Assembly (NCBI GenBank): GCA_019358915.1
Contig: JAHHIM010000003.1
Span: 5,007-29,006 of the forward strand
Length of the DNA stretch: 24,000 nt
Direction: 5' to 3'
Origin: Trichormus sp. ATA11-4-KO1
GTDB taxonomy: Bacteria; Cyanobacteriota; Cyanobacteriia; Cyanobacteriales; Nostocaceae
Shown here: piece after piece, positions 7,929-17,030 of the stretch
How the letters are laid out: each line of letters opens with the position of its first letter
How positions within the stretch are numbered: the first letter of the stretch is position 1
The notes under the pieces: model-generated
The model's database searches: none
Told to the model about the DNA's origin: nothing
The model's input: only the letters and a program-made list of their open reading frames with translations
Translations under genes and position numbers: made by a program

Positions 7929-8555
7929 ATGGGGCTGGCACGTTATCGCGCGGAAATTAGTCGCCAAAAGCAAGAAGCAATTCTCAAGGCGGCTTTAGAT
8001 GCTTTTTTGGAGTTTGGGTACGATCGCACTACCATTGACTACGTGGCACAACAGGCAGAAGTTTCCACAGCTACTTTATATAAGCACTTCCCCAGCAAAG
8101 CTGATTTGTTTGGCGGCATCATGGCGCAGATATGGATGACTGATGAAATTAGTGCTGTGCCGATTAAACCCGATCTACCTCCTAGAAATGCTTTGATAAA
8201 TATTGGTCGAGAGTATGCTCAGCTATTAAATAGTCCGACAATTCAGCCACTGTTTCGCCTGATCATTGCGGAAGCCCCCCGGTTTCCAGAACTGGGAACT
8301 GAACTTTACCATCGTGGCAAAGAGCCATTTCTCAAACGTCTCAATGCTTATCTAGAAGCTCAAGTGACATCTGGTAATTTAGTCATTACAGATATTCCCA
8401 TCGCCACTCGACAGTTTCTAGGGATGATCAATGACATCATCTTTTGGCCCCGATTCTTGATCGTGGATCTGAAAATGAGTGAGAGTGAAATTGAGAATGT
8501 GATTGTCAATGCGGTAGAAACTTTTCTGGCTCGTTATTCGGCTAAAGTAGACTGA
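7929..8555 (+). CDS. TetR/AcrR-family transcriptional regulator
   Basis: 208 aa. The N-terminal HTH is typical of the family: AILKAALDAFLEFGYDRTTIDYVAQQAEVSTATLYKHFPSKADLF. It is divergent from the propeller/P460 operon. Confidence 0.9.
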   Translation: MGLARYRAEISRQKQEAILKAALDAFLEFGYDRTTIDYVAQQAEVSTATLYKHFPSKADLFGGIMAQIWMTDEISAVPIKPDLPPRNALINIGREYAQLLNSPTIQPLFRLIIAEAPRFPELGTELYHRGKEPFLKRLNAYLEAQVTSGNLVITDIPIATRQFLGMINDIIFWPRFLIVDLKMSESEIENVIVNAVETFLARYSAKVD

Positions 8556-8606
8556 AATCTTGACCGCATTGGGAACTTAGACATCTTTAGATGAATTTTG
8601 CCATTA

Positions 8607-8636
8607 GCCTGATGTTTCTAAAGATCAGGCAGCTTT
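8607..8636 (+). terminator. Weak candidate terminator after tetR
   Basis: GCCTGAT (8607-8613) pairs with ATCAGGC (8624-8630), a 7-bp stem with a 10-nt loop, followed by agCTTTTg. A stem this short is not statistically compelling. Confidence 0.3.
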
Positions 8637-9005
8637 TGATGCTGGTGCAAGATATAACTCCCTCCTAAAGTAATTCTTGACGATGCTGTTCACATGCCAG
8701 ATAACTTGTTGCATTTTAATTTCATCAAAATTATCTATAATAAAATGCCTAAATAGAAATTAAACTAATAACCATTCAATTTATTTAGTTGCTGTAAACA
8801 AATACAGAACCTCTGGAAGCAGTCTGGCTAGTTCTTTATATACAACAACTTCTTCTAAATTTTATGCAATTTTATTATGAATAACAATAACATGTACTTA
8901 AAAAATACTTACACTATATTTTATGGTCTCTTGATAAAGACTCTCAATTTGCCCAAAGAGTCTGGTAATCTAGCTGTGTATTATTGTTTTATGGCGAGGC
9001 GCTAA

Positions 9006-9659
9006 ATGGGAATTAATAGTCTGTTTACGGCAGGCGGCGTAGTAATGTGGCCCTTGTTTGGGTTTTCTGTGTTGGCGGTGGCACTGATTATTGAACGTAT
9101 CCGGTTTTGGGTCAGAATCAATAATCGTCAAAGCCGTGTAGTTAGAGATGTGTTGAATCTTTATCGGCTAGATAACGTAGTAGGTGCAATAGATAAACTA
9201 CAGAAAAATGCCGATTTGCCCTTGGCACGCATTTTTCTGGCGGCGTTGGAATTAGAAGAACCGAATCCTGAAGAGTTTCGTTTGGCGTTAGAAAGTGAGG
9301 CGCAAGCGGAGATACCTTTGCTCAAACGCTTTCAAAACATCTTTGAGACAATTATCGGTCTGGCACCACTATTAGGTTTACTTGGTACTGTATTGGGATT
9401 GATTACTTCCTTTGCCTCGCTGGATATCGGTGATGTGGGAGGTACAAAAACGGCAGGTGTCACGGCTGGGATAAGTGAAGCGTTAGTGTCTACCGCAGCA
9501 GGATTGGTAGTTGCTATATTTACACTTTTATTTGCCAACTCCTTTCGGGGACTGTATGTACGACAAATGGCGCTCATTCAGGAGTATGGGGGACAACTAG
9601 AATTACTTTACCGCCGACGCTACGAACGAGGAGAGAAAAGCTATGCGTCTACCAGATGA
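9006..9659 (+). CDS. exbB: ExbB (MotA/TolQ/ExbB proton-channel family)
   Basis: 217 aa with three TM segments. It carries the conserved C-terminal blocks IIGLAPLLGLLGTVLGLITSF and ISEALVSTAAGLVVAIFTLLF. It is immediately followed by, and overlaps, exbD. Confidence 0.9.
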   Translation: MGINSLFTAGGVVMWPLFGFSVLAVALIIERIRFWVRINNRQSRVVRDVLNLYRLDNVVGAIDKLQKNADLPLARIFLAALELEEPNPEEFRLALESEAQAEIPLLKRFQNIFETIIGLAPLLGLLGTVLGLITSFASLDIGDVGGTKTAGVTAGISEALVSTAAGLVVAIFTLLFANSFRGLYVRQMALIQEYGGQLELLYRRRYERGEKSYASTR

Positions 9660-10047
9660 AGCAGATATCCCAGCACAAATCAACATCTTACCGATGATTG
9701 ACGTGATCTTTGCGATTCTCACGTTTTTTATCATGTCAACGCTGTTTTTAACCAGGTCGGAGGGCTTACCAGTTAATTTACCTAAGGCGACGACAGCAAT
9801 ACGACAGCAAGTTTCTACTAAAATTACCATCACGTTAGATGAAAGTGGAATGATTAGCCTCAATCGTCAACCAGTCCTAGTTGATTCATTAGCAGAACAA
9901 CTACGTACTTTGATTGGTTCTAACACAGAAGCGTTGGTAATTATTAATGCTGATGAGAAAGTAGGGCATGGTCAGGTAGTAGAGGTGATGGATAAGGTAC
10001 GTCAGGTAAAGGGAGCAAAGTTAGCGATTTCTACTCAAAAATCCTAA
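9643..10047 (+). CDS. exbD: ExbD/TolR biopolymer transport protein
   Basis: 134 aa. The N-terminal anchor INILPMIDVIFAILTFFIMS and the periplasmic domain (VIINADEKVGHGQVVEVMD) are typical of ExbD. The ATG overlaps the exbB 3' end by 17 nt, and GAGGAG lies at 9628-9633. Confidence 0.9.
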   Translation: MRLPDEADIPAQINILPMIDVIFAILTFFIMSTLFLTRSEGLPVNLPKATTAIRQQVSTKITITLDESGMISLNRQPVLVDSLAEQLRTLIGSNTEALVIINADEKVGHGQVVEVMDKVRQVKGAKLAISTQKS

Positions 10048-10080
10048 GTACCCAAGTAATTACACCCCTCTCCACGTACT

Positions 10081-10106
10081 GATACAGCTGTTCATTCAGC
10101 TGTATC
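10081..10106 (+). terminator. Stem-loop downstream of exbD (candidate terminator)
   Basis: GATACAGCTG (10081-10090) and CAGCTGTATC (10097-10106) form a perfect 10-bp stem with a 6-nt loop, 34 nt after the exbD stop. There is no clear U-tract. Confidence 0.4.
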
Positions 10107-10342
10107 TCATGCTCCTGATTTCTGCATGTACCTCACCTAACTGCAAAACCTGTAATCATTTGTACCGCCGTAATGAGTTGTTCCAAGGTGATTGGAATTG
10201 ATACCATGTCGGTAGCTATCATGATCGTTTCTTAAATTGTAGTGCGATTTAAAAATATCAAAGGCAGGCAAGACTTGGCGTGAGCTTCATCGATAGCGCG
10301 CATGGCGTAGCCATATGCTGCCCGCCCCACAAGAGAATACAA

Positions 10343-12985
10343 TTAACTCAAAGCTGACATCAAATCACTCTGCGCCTTTGCCAACGCTTCTGGTAATTTA
10401 CTCGCATCACGTCCGCCGGCTTGGGCTAAGTTTGGTCTACCACCACCGCCACCGCCGCAAATTTTCGCGATCGCACCGACAAATTTACCCGCTTGTAGTC
10501 CCTTTTTATTCACCTCTGCACTGAAGGCTGCAACTATACTCACCTTCCCAGCTTCAGGAATAGAACCCAACACCACTGCACCGTTACCGATTTTTTGCAG
10601 TAACCTTTCCGCCGCAGTTTTCAATGATTCGGGGTCAATATCTTCCATTTGCGCTACCAAAATTTGATAATCGCCCACAGATTCTACTGATTGCAGCAAG
10701 CTGTCTGATTTAGCGATCGCCAGTTGTGATTTCAGGGTTGCTAGTTGTTTTTCAGCGTTTCTCAATTCAGTTTGCAGTGTGGTAATTCTCTCTGGTAATT
10801 CTTCGGGTTTAACTTTAAAGCGATCGCTTAAATCTTTGACTACTTTATCGCGAACATTGAGATAATCGAGTATTGCTGGGCCAGACACAGCCTCAATGCG
10901 TCGTACCCCAGACGCTACACCAGCCTCAGAAATAATCTTAAATATGCCAATCTCCGCAGTATTACTGACATGAGTTCCACCGCAGAGTTCCATAGATACG
11001 CTAGGAAAGTCAATCACGCGGACTTCTTCGCCGTATTTTTCTCCGAACATGGCCACAGCACCTCTAGCCTTGGCTTCTGCTAAAGGTAATATTTCTACGT
11101 TCGCCGGATGGGCTTCGGCAATCCAAGTATTCACCTGTTCCTCAACTTGCTGGACTTCTTCTGGTGTCAAAGCACGGGGACAGTTGAAGTCAAAGCGCAA
11201 TCTATCAAAGGAAACTAGGGAACCGGCTTGAGATATACCATCATCGACAATTTTCTTTAACGCTGCTTGTAATAGATGCGTTGCAGTATGGTTAGCTTGG
11301 GCGCGACGACGACAAGCCCGATCTATTTGAGCAGTCACAGCATCTCCTACTCGGATTGTACCGCGTTCGATGCGTCCAAAGTGGATAAAGAAATCAGATT
11401 CTTTTTTCACATCTTCCACGCGCACCACCACACCATCACCGGAGATATAACCGCGATCGCCTATTTGTCCGCCGGATTCGGCATAAAACGGGGTTTGGTT
11501 GAGAACAATTTGCACTTCTGTGCCGGCTTCTGCTGCTTCTTGGGAAATGCCATCTATTAATATGGCTTCAACGTTGGCTGTAGTTGCAGGTTGGGTATAA
11601 CCGATAAATTCGGTGGCGTGGATGTGTTCGGCTAACTTATCTAAAGAACCTTGTACAGTTAAATCAATGGTTTCGTGGGCAGCTTTGGCACGTTCCACCT
11701 GCTTTTGCATTTCGGCATCAAATCCCGCTTCATCAACGCTTAGGTGATTTTCTTCCGCGATTTCTTGGGTCAGTTCTAACGGGAAACCAAAGGTATCGTA
11801 TAAGGTGAAGGCACTTTCACCACTAATTTGGGTTTTATTTTGCTGTTTTACCTCTTGGATGACTTCTGCTAACAGTTTCTCACCCCTATCTAGAGTTTTC
11901 AGGAAGTTGGTTTCTTCTCGTTGCAGTTCAGCTTTAATAGCCGCTTCCCGTTGGCGCACATTGGGGTAAGCTGATTCCGAAAGCGCGATCGCAGTTTCGG
12001 CAACTTGGTTAATAAATTCACCAGTAATGCCAATTAATCGCCCATGACGTACTACCCGCCGAATTAATCGCCGCAGCACATAACCCCGTCCGACGTTGGA
12101 GGCGCGAATTTCATCGGCAATCATGTGAACAACAGAACGCACATGATCACCAATGACTTTTAGGGAAACTTGGATTTTCTCGTCGCTGCTGTGGTAATCA
12201 ATCCCCGCAATTTGGGCGGCTGTTTGAATAATCGGGAAAATCAGGTCAGTTTCGTAGTTATTCGGCACTTGTTGAAGGATTTGCGCCATCCTTTCCAAAC
12301 CCATGCCAGTATCGATATTCTTATTTTGCAACGGTGTCAAGTTACCTGATGCATCCCGGTTATATTGCATGAAGACGAGGTTATAAAATTCGATAAACCG
12401 GGTATCGTCTTCTAAATCGATGTTTTCATCACCGCGTTCCGGGTGGAAGTCATAATAAATTTCCGAACAAGGGCCACAAGGGCCTGTGGGGCCAGATACC
12501 CAAAAGTTATCGTCTTCGCCCATGCGCTTAATTCTGGCTGCTGGTACGCCAATTTGATCGCGCCAAATATTATAAGCTTCGTCATCTTCTTCAAAAACGC
12601 TGACTACCAGACGTTCTGGTGGTAAACCAAAGACTTCAGTTGATAATTCCCATCCCCAGGCGATCGCTTGTTCTTTAAAATAATCACCAAAGCTAAAGTT
12701 ACCCAACATCTCAAAAAAAGTATGATGGCGTTTGGTGCGTCCGACGTTTTCGATGTCGTTGGTACGGATGCACTTTTGGGATGTGGTAGCCCGATTAAAT
12801 TCTGGTGTGCGCTGTCCCAGGAATATTGGTTTAAATGGTAGCATCCCCGCGATCGTCAGCAGCACGGTTGGATCTTCTGGTACGAGGGAAGCGCTGGGGA
12901 GAGTCTGGTGTCCGCGCCCAGCAAAGAAGTTAAGGAATAAGTTGCGAATTTCGTTACCGCTAAGTTTCTGGGGATTGTCAGGCAT
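10343..12985 (-). CDS. alaS: Alanine--tRNA ligase
   Basis: 880 aa. The N-terminus is the canonical AlaRS sequence: [48 protein letters not shown]...[15 protein letters not shown]. It has the editing-domain motifs HTATHLL and CGGTHV, and a C-terminal DHHA1-type [15 protein letters not shown]. Confidence 0.97.
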   Translation of the reverse strand: MPDNPQKLSGNEIRNLFLNFFAGRGHQTLPSASLVPEDPTVLLTIAGMLPFKPIFLGQRTPEFNRATTSQKCIRTNDIENVGRTKRHHTFFEMLGNFSFGDYFKEQAIAWGWELSTEVFGLPPERLVVSVFEEDDEAYNIWRDQIGVPAARIKRMGEDDNFWVSGPTGPCGPCSEIYYDFHPERGDENIDLEDDTRFIEFYNLVFMQYNRDASGNLTPLQNKNIDTGMGLERMAQILQQVPNNYETDLIFPIIQTAAQIAGIDYHSSDEKIQVSLKVIGDHVRSVVHMIADEIRASNVGRGYVLRRLIRRVVRHGRLIGITGEFINQVAETAIALSESAYPNVRQREAAIKAELQREETNFLKTLDRGEKLLAEVIQEVKQQNKTQISGESAFTLYDTFGFPLELTQEIAEENHLSVDEAGFDAEMQKQVERAKAAHETIDLTVQGSLDKLAEHIHATEFIGYTQPATTANVEAILIDGISQEAAEAGTEVQIVLNQTPFYAESGGQIGDRGYISGDGVVVRVEDVKKESDFFIHFGRIERGTIRVGDAVTAQIDRACRRRAQANHTATHLLQAALKKIVDDGISQAGSLVSFDRLRFDFNCPRALTPEEVQQVEEQVNTWIAEAHPANVEILPLAEAKARGAVAMFGEKYGEEVRVIDFPSVSMELCGGTHVSNTAEIGIFKIISEAGVASGVRRIEAVSGPAILDYLNVRDKVVKDLSDRFKVKPEELPERITTLQTELRNAEKQLATLKSQLAIAKSDSLLQSVESVGDYQILVAQMEDIDPESLKTAAERLLQKIGNGAVVLGSIPEAGKVSIVAAFSAEVNKKGLQAGKFVGAIAKICGGGGGGRPNLAQAGGRDASKLPEALAKAQSDLMSALS

Positions 12986-13313
12986 GGGTGGAAAAAGTAG
13001 GATTAATCAATTGAGGAACGTCCGCAGAGGATAGTTTGTCTCTTTTACAGACAAAGTATGCCGTAAGTGAGTTGCTGCTGGGACAGTTATCTACTAGGCG
13101 TATTTCCATAAGTAGCTTTATATATGTATTTTTGCATTTTGTTTCAGTTTGCTGCCAGAATTTTTTGCCATTCAGCAATTATGTGCAGTGATTGTGTAAT
13201 TCTCTATCTGTGAATTCCCCAATTGCCTAACTCTAGTAAGATGTGCGATCGCACTCTGCATCAATAATATGGGAATAATTAGCAAAAATAAGACTCATAT
13301 ACTGAGGTAAGTA

Positions 13314-13514
13314 ATGGCACTAAAATTAAAAGTTCCAGATATAGCCTGTGAAGATTGTGCAGCAAAAATTACTGAATCTATCCATGTCATGGAACCTCAT
13401 GCGCTGGTGGATGTGGATGTTCCAGACAAAACAGTTACTGTGGAATCTTCGGCTTCTGAGGAATCTATCAAACAGGTAATTGTTGCTGCTGGTTATAAAA
13501 TAGAAGGCTATTGA
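13314..13514 (+). CDS. Heavy-metal-associated (HMA) domain metallochaperone, Atx1/CopZ-like
   Basis: 66 aa. MALKLKVPDIACEDCAAKI contains the CxxC metal site in the usual beta1-loop position, and the C-terminus is AAGYKIEGY. It resembles the Synechocystis Atx1 layout (TVPTIACEAC...AGYEVE). GAGGT lies 6 nt upstream of the ATG. Confidence 0.8.
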   Translation: MALKLKVPDIACEDCAAKITESIHVMEPHALVDVDVPDKTVTVESSASEESIKQVIVAAGYKIEGY

Positions 13515-14286
13515 TTATAGCCTGACTCTTTCAAAATTACTTAGATATAGAACTAGCTATATCAAAATAAGTTAACCTTGATATTTCCGCTCATTCAATG
13601 GGCGGAATCGTATTTATTTAAATATTTTATAATATTATATTTTAATTAGTTTTATCTTGATTATTTAGGCATCTTTACCAGGCACTTTGACAAAATTTTA
13701 AAAATCCCAAGCAAATTAAATATACAAGCAAAAGCTACCGCATTCAGATCAAGTCTAATTACTCAGCACTTGCTTGAACTGCCTTATACTACTGCTAAAC
13801 GCCGAAAAAGCATCTTTTCCCAAGAAAAATACTCTGTTATGTCAGGTATATAAAATTTCCTGTATATATAAGACATCTCGGTTTTTACGGAGAAAAAGAA
13901 AATTTTATATTTTTTTCAACATTAGATGTAGGTAAAAATTTGTCCTTTTTAAAGTTGATGTAAATACAAATATTCCGCTTGGATAATGCTCGGAAATAAC
14001 TCATATCTGTAAATCACAGTAATACTTTTAAAAACAGGAAAAATATTCCGTGTTTTTACTGTTTTAAAAAAAATAAGAAAAGGCAGACAGTAATTATGAG
14101 AACTTTAAGTTACTCAAGTTTAACTAAACCTAGGTATTAAGAGGAGATTAAAATTTGTAGACAGTGATATATTTAGCGTCGATACTATTAAATATGGGGT
14201 AATAACCCTATGTTAGAAATACCGATATATTTAATACTCGGAAAAACCAGCAAGTTTTAGCTTGAAATAGGGCAGAAAGCACAGCA

Positions 14287-15312
14287 ATGAATATTTCTAT
14301 TCTGGTCTTTGGAAGTAAGAACTTTCTCGCTACACTTCCCGATCAGATCCTTGATGCAACCGCTTTTAGTATAGAAGTTATCATGGATGTCAATCAGGCA
14401 GTTTCGCACATGCAAATTACACCGCCAGATGTAATACTTGTACAGGCTAGTTTGAATGGCAGTATGGAACTGTGTCGTTGGCTGAAAGACCAGACCCAGC
14501 TATCCTGGATATACTGTATTCTTTTAGAAGATCGTCCCCAACAGCTAGCAGCGAGAAATCAGCATGACTGGGAATGGGAATTAGAAATGACTGCCAATGC
14601 ACTCAGGCAAGGATCTGATGCTTATATTTGGCAGCTTCCTGAGACAAAAACAGACCGAAGTTTCACAAGCATGACGGCAAATCACGGTCTATTACTAGCC
14701 CAATTGACAGTCGGCATACGAAAAGCGCAAAAATACCGTGATTTGCTGCGGACAAATGATGTATTGTCAGCGATCGCCTTAGCTGATTCCTTGACAGACA
14801 TGAATAATCGCCGGGCTTTGGAATGGGAATTACCCAGACAAATTAAAAAAGCACGGACTCAAGGAACTCCCTTGAGTGTAATTATTTTAGATGTAGACTA
14901 TTTCAAACAAGTTAACGATACCTATGGTCATTTAGTTGGCGATCGCCTCTTGCAATTACTATGTAGCCGTCTGCGGCATAATCTGCGGTTTCAAGATACT
15001 CCATTCCGTTATGGTGGAGAGGAATTCGTGGTGATTTTAGCTAACACTAATGGCGAGGAAGCATTGCTAGTGGCAGAGCGTCTCAACCGTGTAGTTAGTG
15101 AGAAACAGTTTACAATCAACAGTAAACTAACTATTAATATCACGATTAGCCTAGGTGCTGCGTGTCTGCAAGAACAAGATGATGATAATGGCTTCAACCT
15201 ATTGCATCGTGCCGATCAATACTTGTTGCAAGCTAAAGCTACTGGACGAAATAAAGCTGTTGGGCGTGATTACTCATCCTCGGTTTCGCATCTTAGAGCA
15301 GTTTCATCTTAA
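14287..15312 (+). CDS. Diguanylate cyclase (GGDEF) with a degenerate N-terminal receiver-like domain
   Basis: 341 aa. The GGDEF domain has NRRALEWEL, VIILDVDYFKQVNDTYGHLVGD, the active site RYGGEEF (nt 15013-15027) and the I-site R234-F-Q-D237 (nt 14986-14997). The N-terminal 120 aa are REC-shaped but lack the acidic pocket (see findings). Confidence 0.9.
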   Translation: MNISILVFGSKNFLATLPDQILDATAFSIEVIMDVNQAVSHMQITPPDVILVQASLNGSMELCRWLKDQTQLSWIYCILLEDRPQQLAARNQHDWEWELEMTANALRQGSDAYIWQLPETKTDRSFTSMTANHGLLLAQLTVGIRKAQKYRDLLRTNDVLSAIALADSLTDMNNRRALEWELPRQIKKARTQGTPLSVIILDVDYFKQVNDTYGHLVGDRLLQLLCSRLRHNLRFQDTPFRYGGEEFVVILANTNGEEALLVAERLNRVVSEKQFTINSKLTINITISLGAACLQEQDDDNGFNLLHRADQYLLQAKATGRNKAVGRDYSSSVSHLRAVSS

Positions 15313-15519
15313 ACAGCGCTGAGTGCTGAGTTTAATACTGATGATATAAACTACAACACAGTATACTTATTCATCCTTCTTCACTTCGGCCACGCTCAGT
15401 ACAAGCCCCCTGACTCCAACAGCACTTCCTTTTTGTTGAATTGTGGATTTCCCCAAAGTTTTGACTTCTACCTTGCGGCGCTAGCTTCTCCCCAAAATTC
15501 TCTAGAAAGTAAAAAATTG

Positions 15520-15759
15520 TTTTCCCCAACTACTACTGCCATAATTATTGAGTGATTGAGGCAAAATATTAAGCAAAGTATAAAAACTGATTAAATTTAA
15601 CTACTTCTGTGGAAAAATCATTATTTGTTGGGGAAAACTTGATTAAGTATTATTACCCTGTGGAAAAAATAGGGGGTTTTTCCACAAGTTTTCCACAGAT
15701 ATTAACCGACTCAACCATTCTTTCGCCAGACTTATGGCAAGTTTTCCACAGTTTCCACA
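15520..15759. other. Chromosomal replication origin (oriC): DnaA-box cluster upstream of dnaN
   Basis: Five perfect TTTTCCACA boxes lie at 15608-15616(-), 15659-15667(-), 15678-15686(+), 15689-15697(+) and 15742-15750(+). One-mismatch boxes lie at 15520-15528(+), 15629-15637(-) and 15751-15759(+). An AT-rich stretch at 15760-15800 precedes the dnaN ATG. Confidence 0.85.
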
Positions 15760-15818
15760 ATTCTGATAAATATCTATGATTTGATTAATAAAAGCAACGT
15801 ACCACTCCCCACTCCTCT

Positions 15819-16973
15819 ATGAAATTAGTTTGCGCCCAAAGCGATCTCAGTACAAATCTTTCACTCGTTAGCCGTGCAGTCCCGTCACGACCGACTCATC
15901 CGGTACTTGCTAATGTGCTGTTACAAGCAGATGCTCAAACTAACCAAGTTAGCTTAACTGCCTTTGATCTCAGCTTAGGTATCCGTACTAGCTTTCATGC
16001 TGAGGTATTAGAAGGAGGCGCGATCGCACTGCCAGCTAAACTGCTTTTAGACATCACCTCGCGGCTTCCAGAAGGCGAAATCACTTTAGATGATGAATCA
16101 GCCGAAACATCCACTGGTGAAGGTCTCATCGTTACCCTGATGCCGAAAAGTGGACATTATCAAGTGCGCGCCATGGAAGCGGAAGAGTTTCCTGAACTAC
16201 CTGTGATTGACAATACTGAACCCCTTAATTTAACTACCACTGCCTTAATTGAAGGATTACGCGGGTCATTATTTGCTACCAGTGGCGATGAAACCAAGCA
16301 AGTTCTGACGGGAGTACATTTAACAGTAAAACAAGACACCCTAGAATTTGCTGCTACCGACGGACATCGCCTTGCAGTAGTAGAAACTACCAACGAAAGT
16401 CCCCTTGGTGATCATGGTCAACTAGAAGTGACAGTCCCAGCTAGAGCCTTACGCGAACTACAACGGATGTTGGCTCATAATGCTGCTGCCGATGAAGCGA
16501 TCGCCTTATATTTAGATCAAGGTCAAGTTGTGTTTGCCTGGCAAAATCAAAGATTGACGAGCCGCACCCTAGACGGGCAATATCCAGCTTATCGCCAACT
16601 AATTCCCCGCCAATTTGAACGCCAGGTGACAATTGAACGGCGACAATTTATCAGCACTTTAGAGCGAATTGCCGTGCTGGCTGACCAGAAAAATAATATT
16701 GTTAAAGTCACTATTGACAATGCCACCCAGGAACTTACCTTATCGTGTGAAGCTCAAGATGTGGGTAGCGGTAGAGAATCGATGAGCGCCCAAATATCCG
16801 GGGAAGATATAGAAATTGCTTTTAACATCAAGTATTTGATGGAAGGATTGAAAGAGTTACCATCTGCCGAAATTAAAATGCACCTCAATCAAGCCCTGAC
16901 TCCGGTAATTTTTACACCACTGGGTGGTTTGAAAATGACTTATTTAGCTATGCCTGTACAACTTAGGAATTAG
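15819..16973 (+). CDS. dnaN: DNA polymerase III beta subunit (sliding clamp)
   Basis: 384 aa. The N-terminus MKLVCAQSDLSTNLSLVSRAVPSRPTHPVLANVLLQA and internal blocks (ATDGHRLAV, YPAYRQLIP, IAFNIKYLMEGLK) are typical of DnaN. It lies directly downstream of the DnaA-box cluster. Confidence 0.95.
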   Translation: MKLVCAQSDLSTNLSLVSRAVPSRPTHPVLANVLLQADAQTNQVSLTAFDLSLGIRTSFHAEVLEGGAIALPAKLLLDITSRLPEGEITLDDESAETSTGEGLIVTLMPKSGHYQVRAMEAEEFPELPVIDNTEPLNLTTTALIEGLRGSLFATSGDETKQVLTGVHLTVKQDTLEFAATDGHRLAVVETTNESPLGDHGQLEVTVPARALRELQRMLAHNAAADEAIALYLDQGQVVFAWQNQRLTSRTLDGQYPAYRQLIPRQFERQVTIERRQFISTLERIAVLADQKNNIVKVTIDNATQELTLSCEAQDVGSGRESMSAQISGEDIEIAFNIKYLMEGLKELPSAEIKMHLNQALTPVIFTPLGGLKMTYLAMPVQLRN

Positions 16974-16981
16974 CAGGGTTT

Positions 16982-17030
16982 GTAGTCAGCACTAAAGTGC
17001 TGAGAAAATCAGGACTTTAGTCCTGACTAC
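16982..17030. terminator. Composite double hairpin between convergent dnaN and the histidine kinase gene
   Basis: Hairpin 1 is TCAGCAC-taaa-GTGCTGA (16986-17003). Hairpin 2 is TCAGGAC-ttta-GTCCTGA (17009-17026). Alternatively, the outer GTAGTCAG (16982-16989) pairs with CTGACTAC (17023-17030). It lies 9 nt after the dnaN stop and 21 nt after the kinase stop. Confidence 0.5.

Noticed and set aside
7726-7960. Two about 60-aa ORFs (7726-7908 minus, 7775-7960 plus) spanning the tetR/propeller intergenic region
   Set aside because: Both run through the 30-bp palindrome and into the flanking genes. The region is better explained as a divergent promoter and operator. The near-mirror translations are a side effect of the palindrome.
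10108-10200. 29-aa minus-strand mini-ORF (MIATDMVSIPITLEQLITAVQMITGFAVR) in the exbD/alaS convergent gap
   Set aside because: It has no SD, no motif and no terminator of its own. It is indistinguishable from a chance ORF without conservation or ribosome-profiling data.
10315-10524. 69-aa plus-strand ORF at the 3' end of alaS
   Set aside because: It is antisense to the highly conserved AlaRS C-terminus, and its His/Arg/Pro-rich translation is the reverse-frame image of the Gly-rich DHHA1 motif.
12978-13178. 66-aa minus-strand ORF just upstream of alaS
   Set aside because: It overlaps the alaS start codon region in another frame. It has no SD and no motif. The region is more plausibly the alaS promoter and 5' UTR, which includes the small hairpin TTTGTCT-n7-AGACAAA at about 13034-13054.
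14157-14170. NtcA-like site GTA-n8-TAT upstream of the GGDEF gene
   Set aside because: The right half-site is mismatched (TAT instead of TAC), and there is no -10 element at the canonical spacing of about 22 nt.
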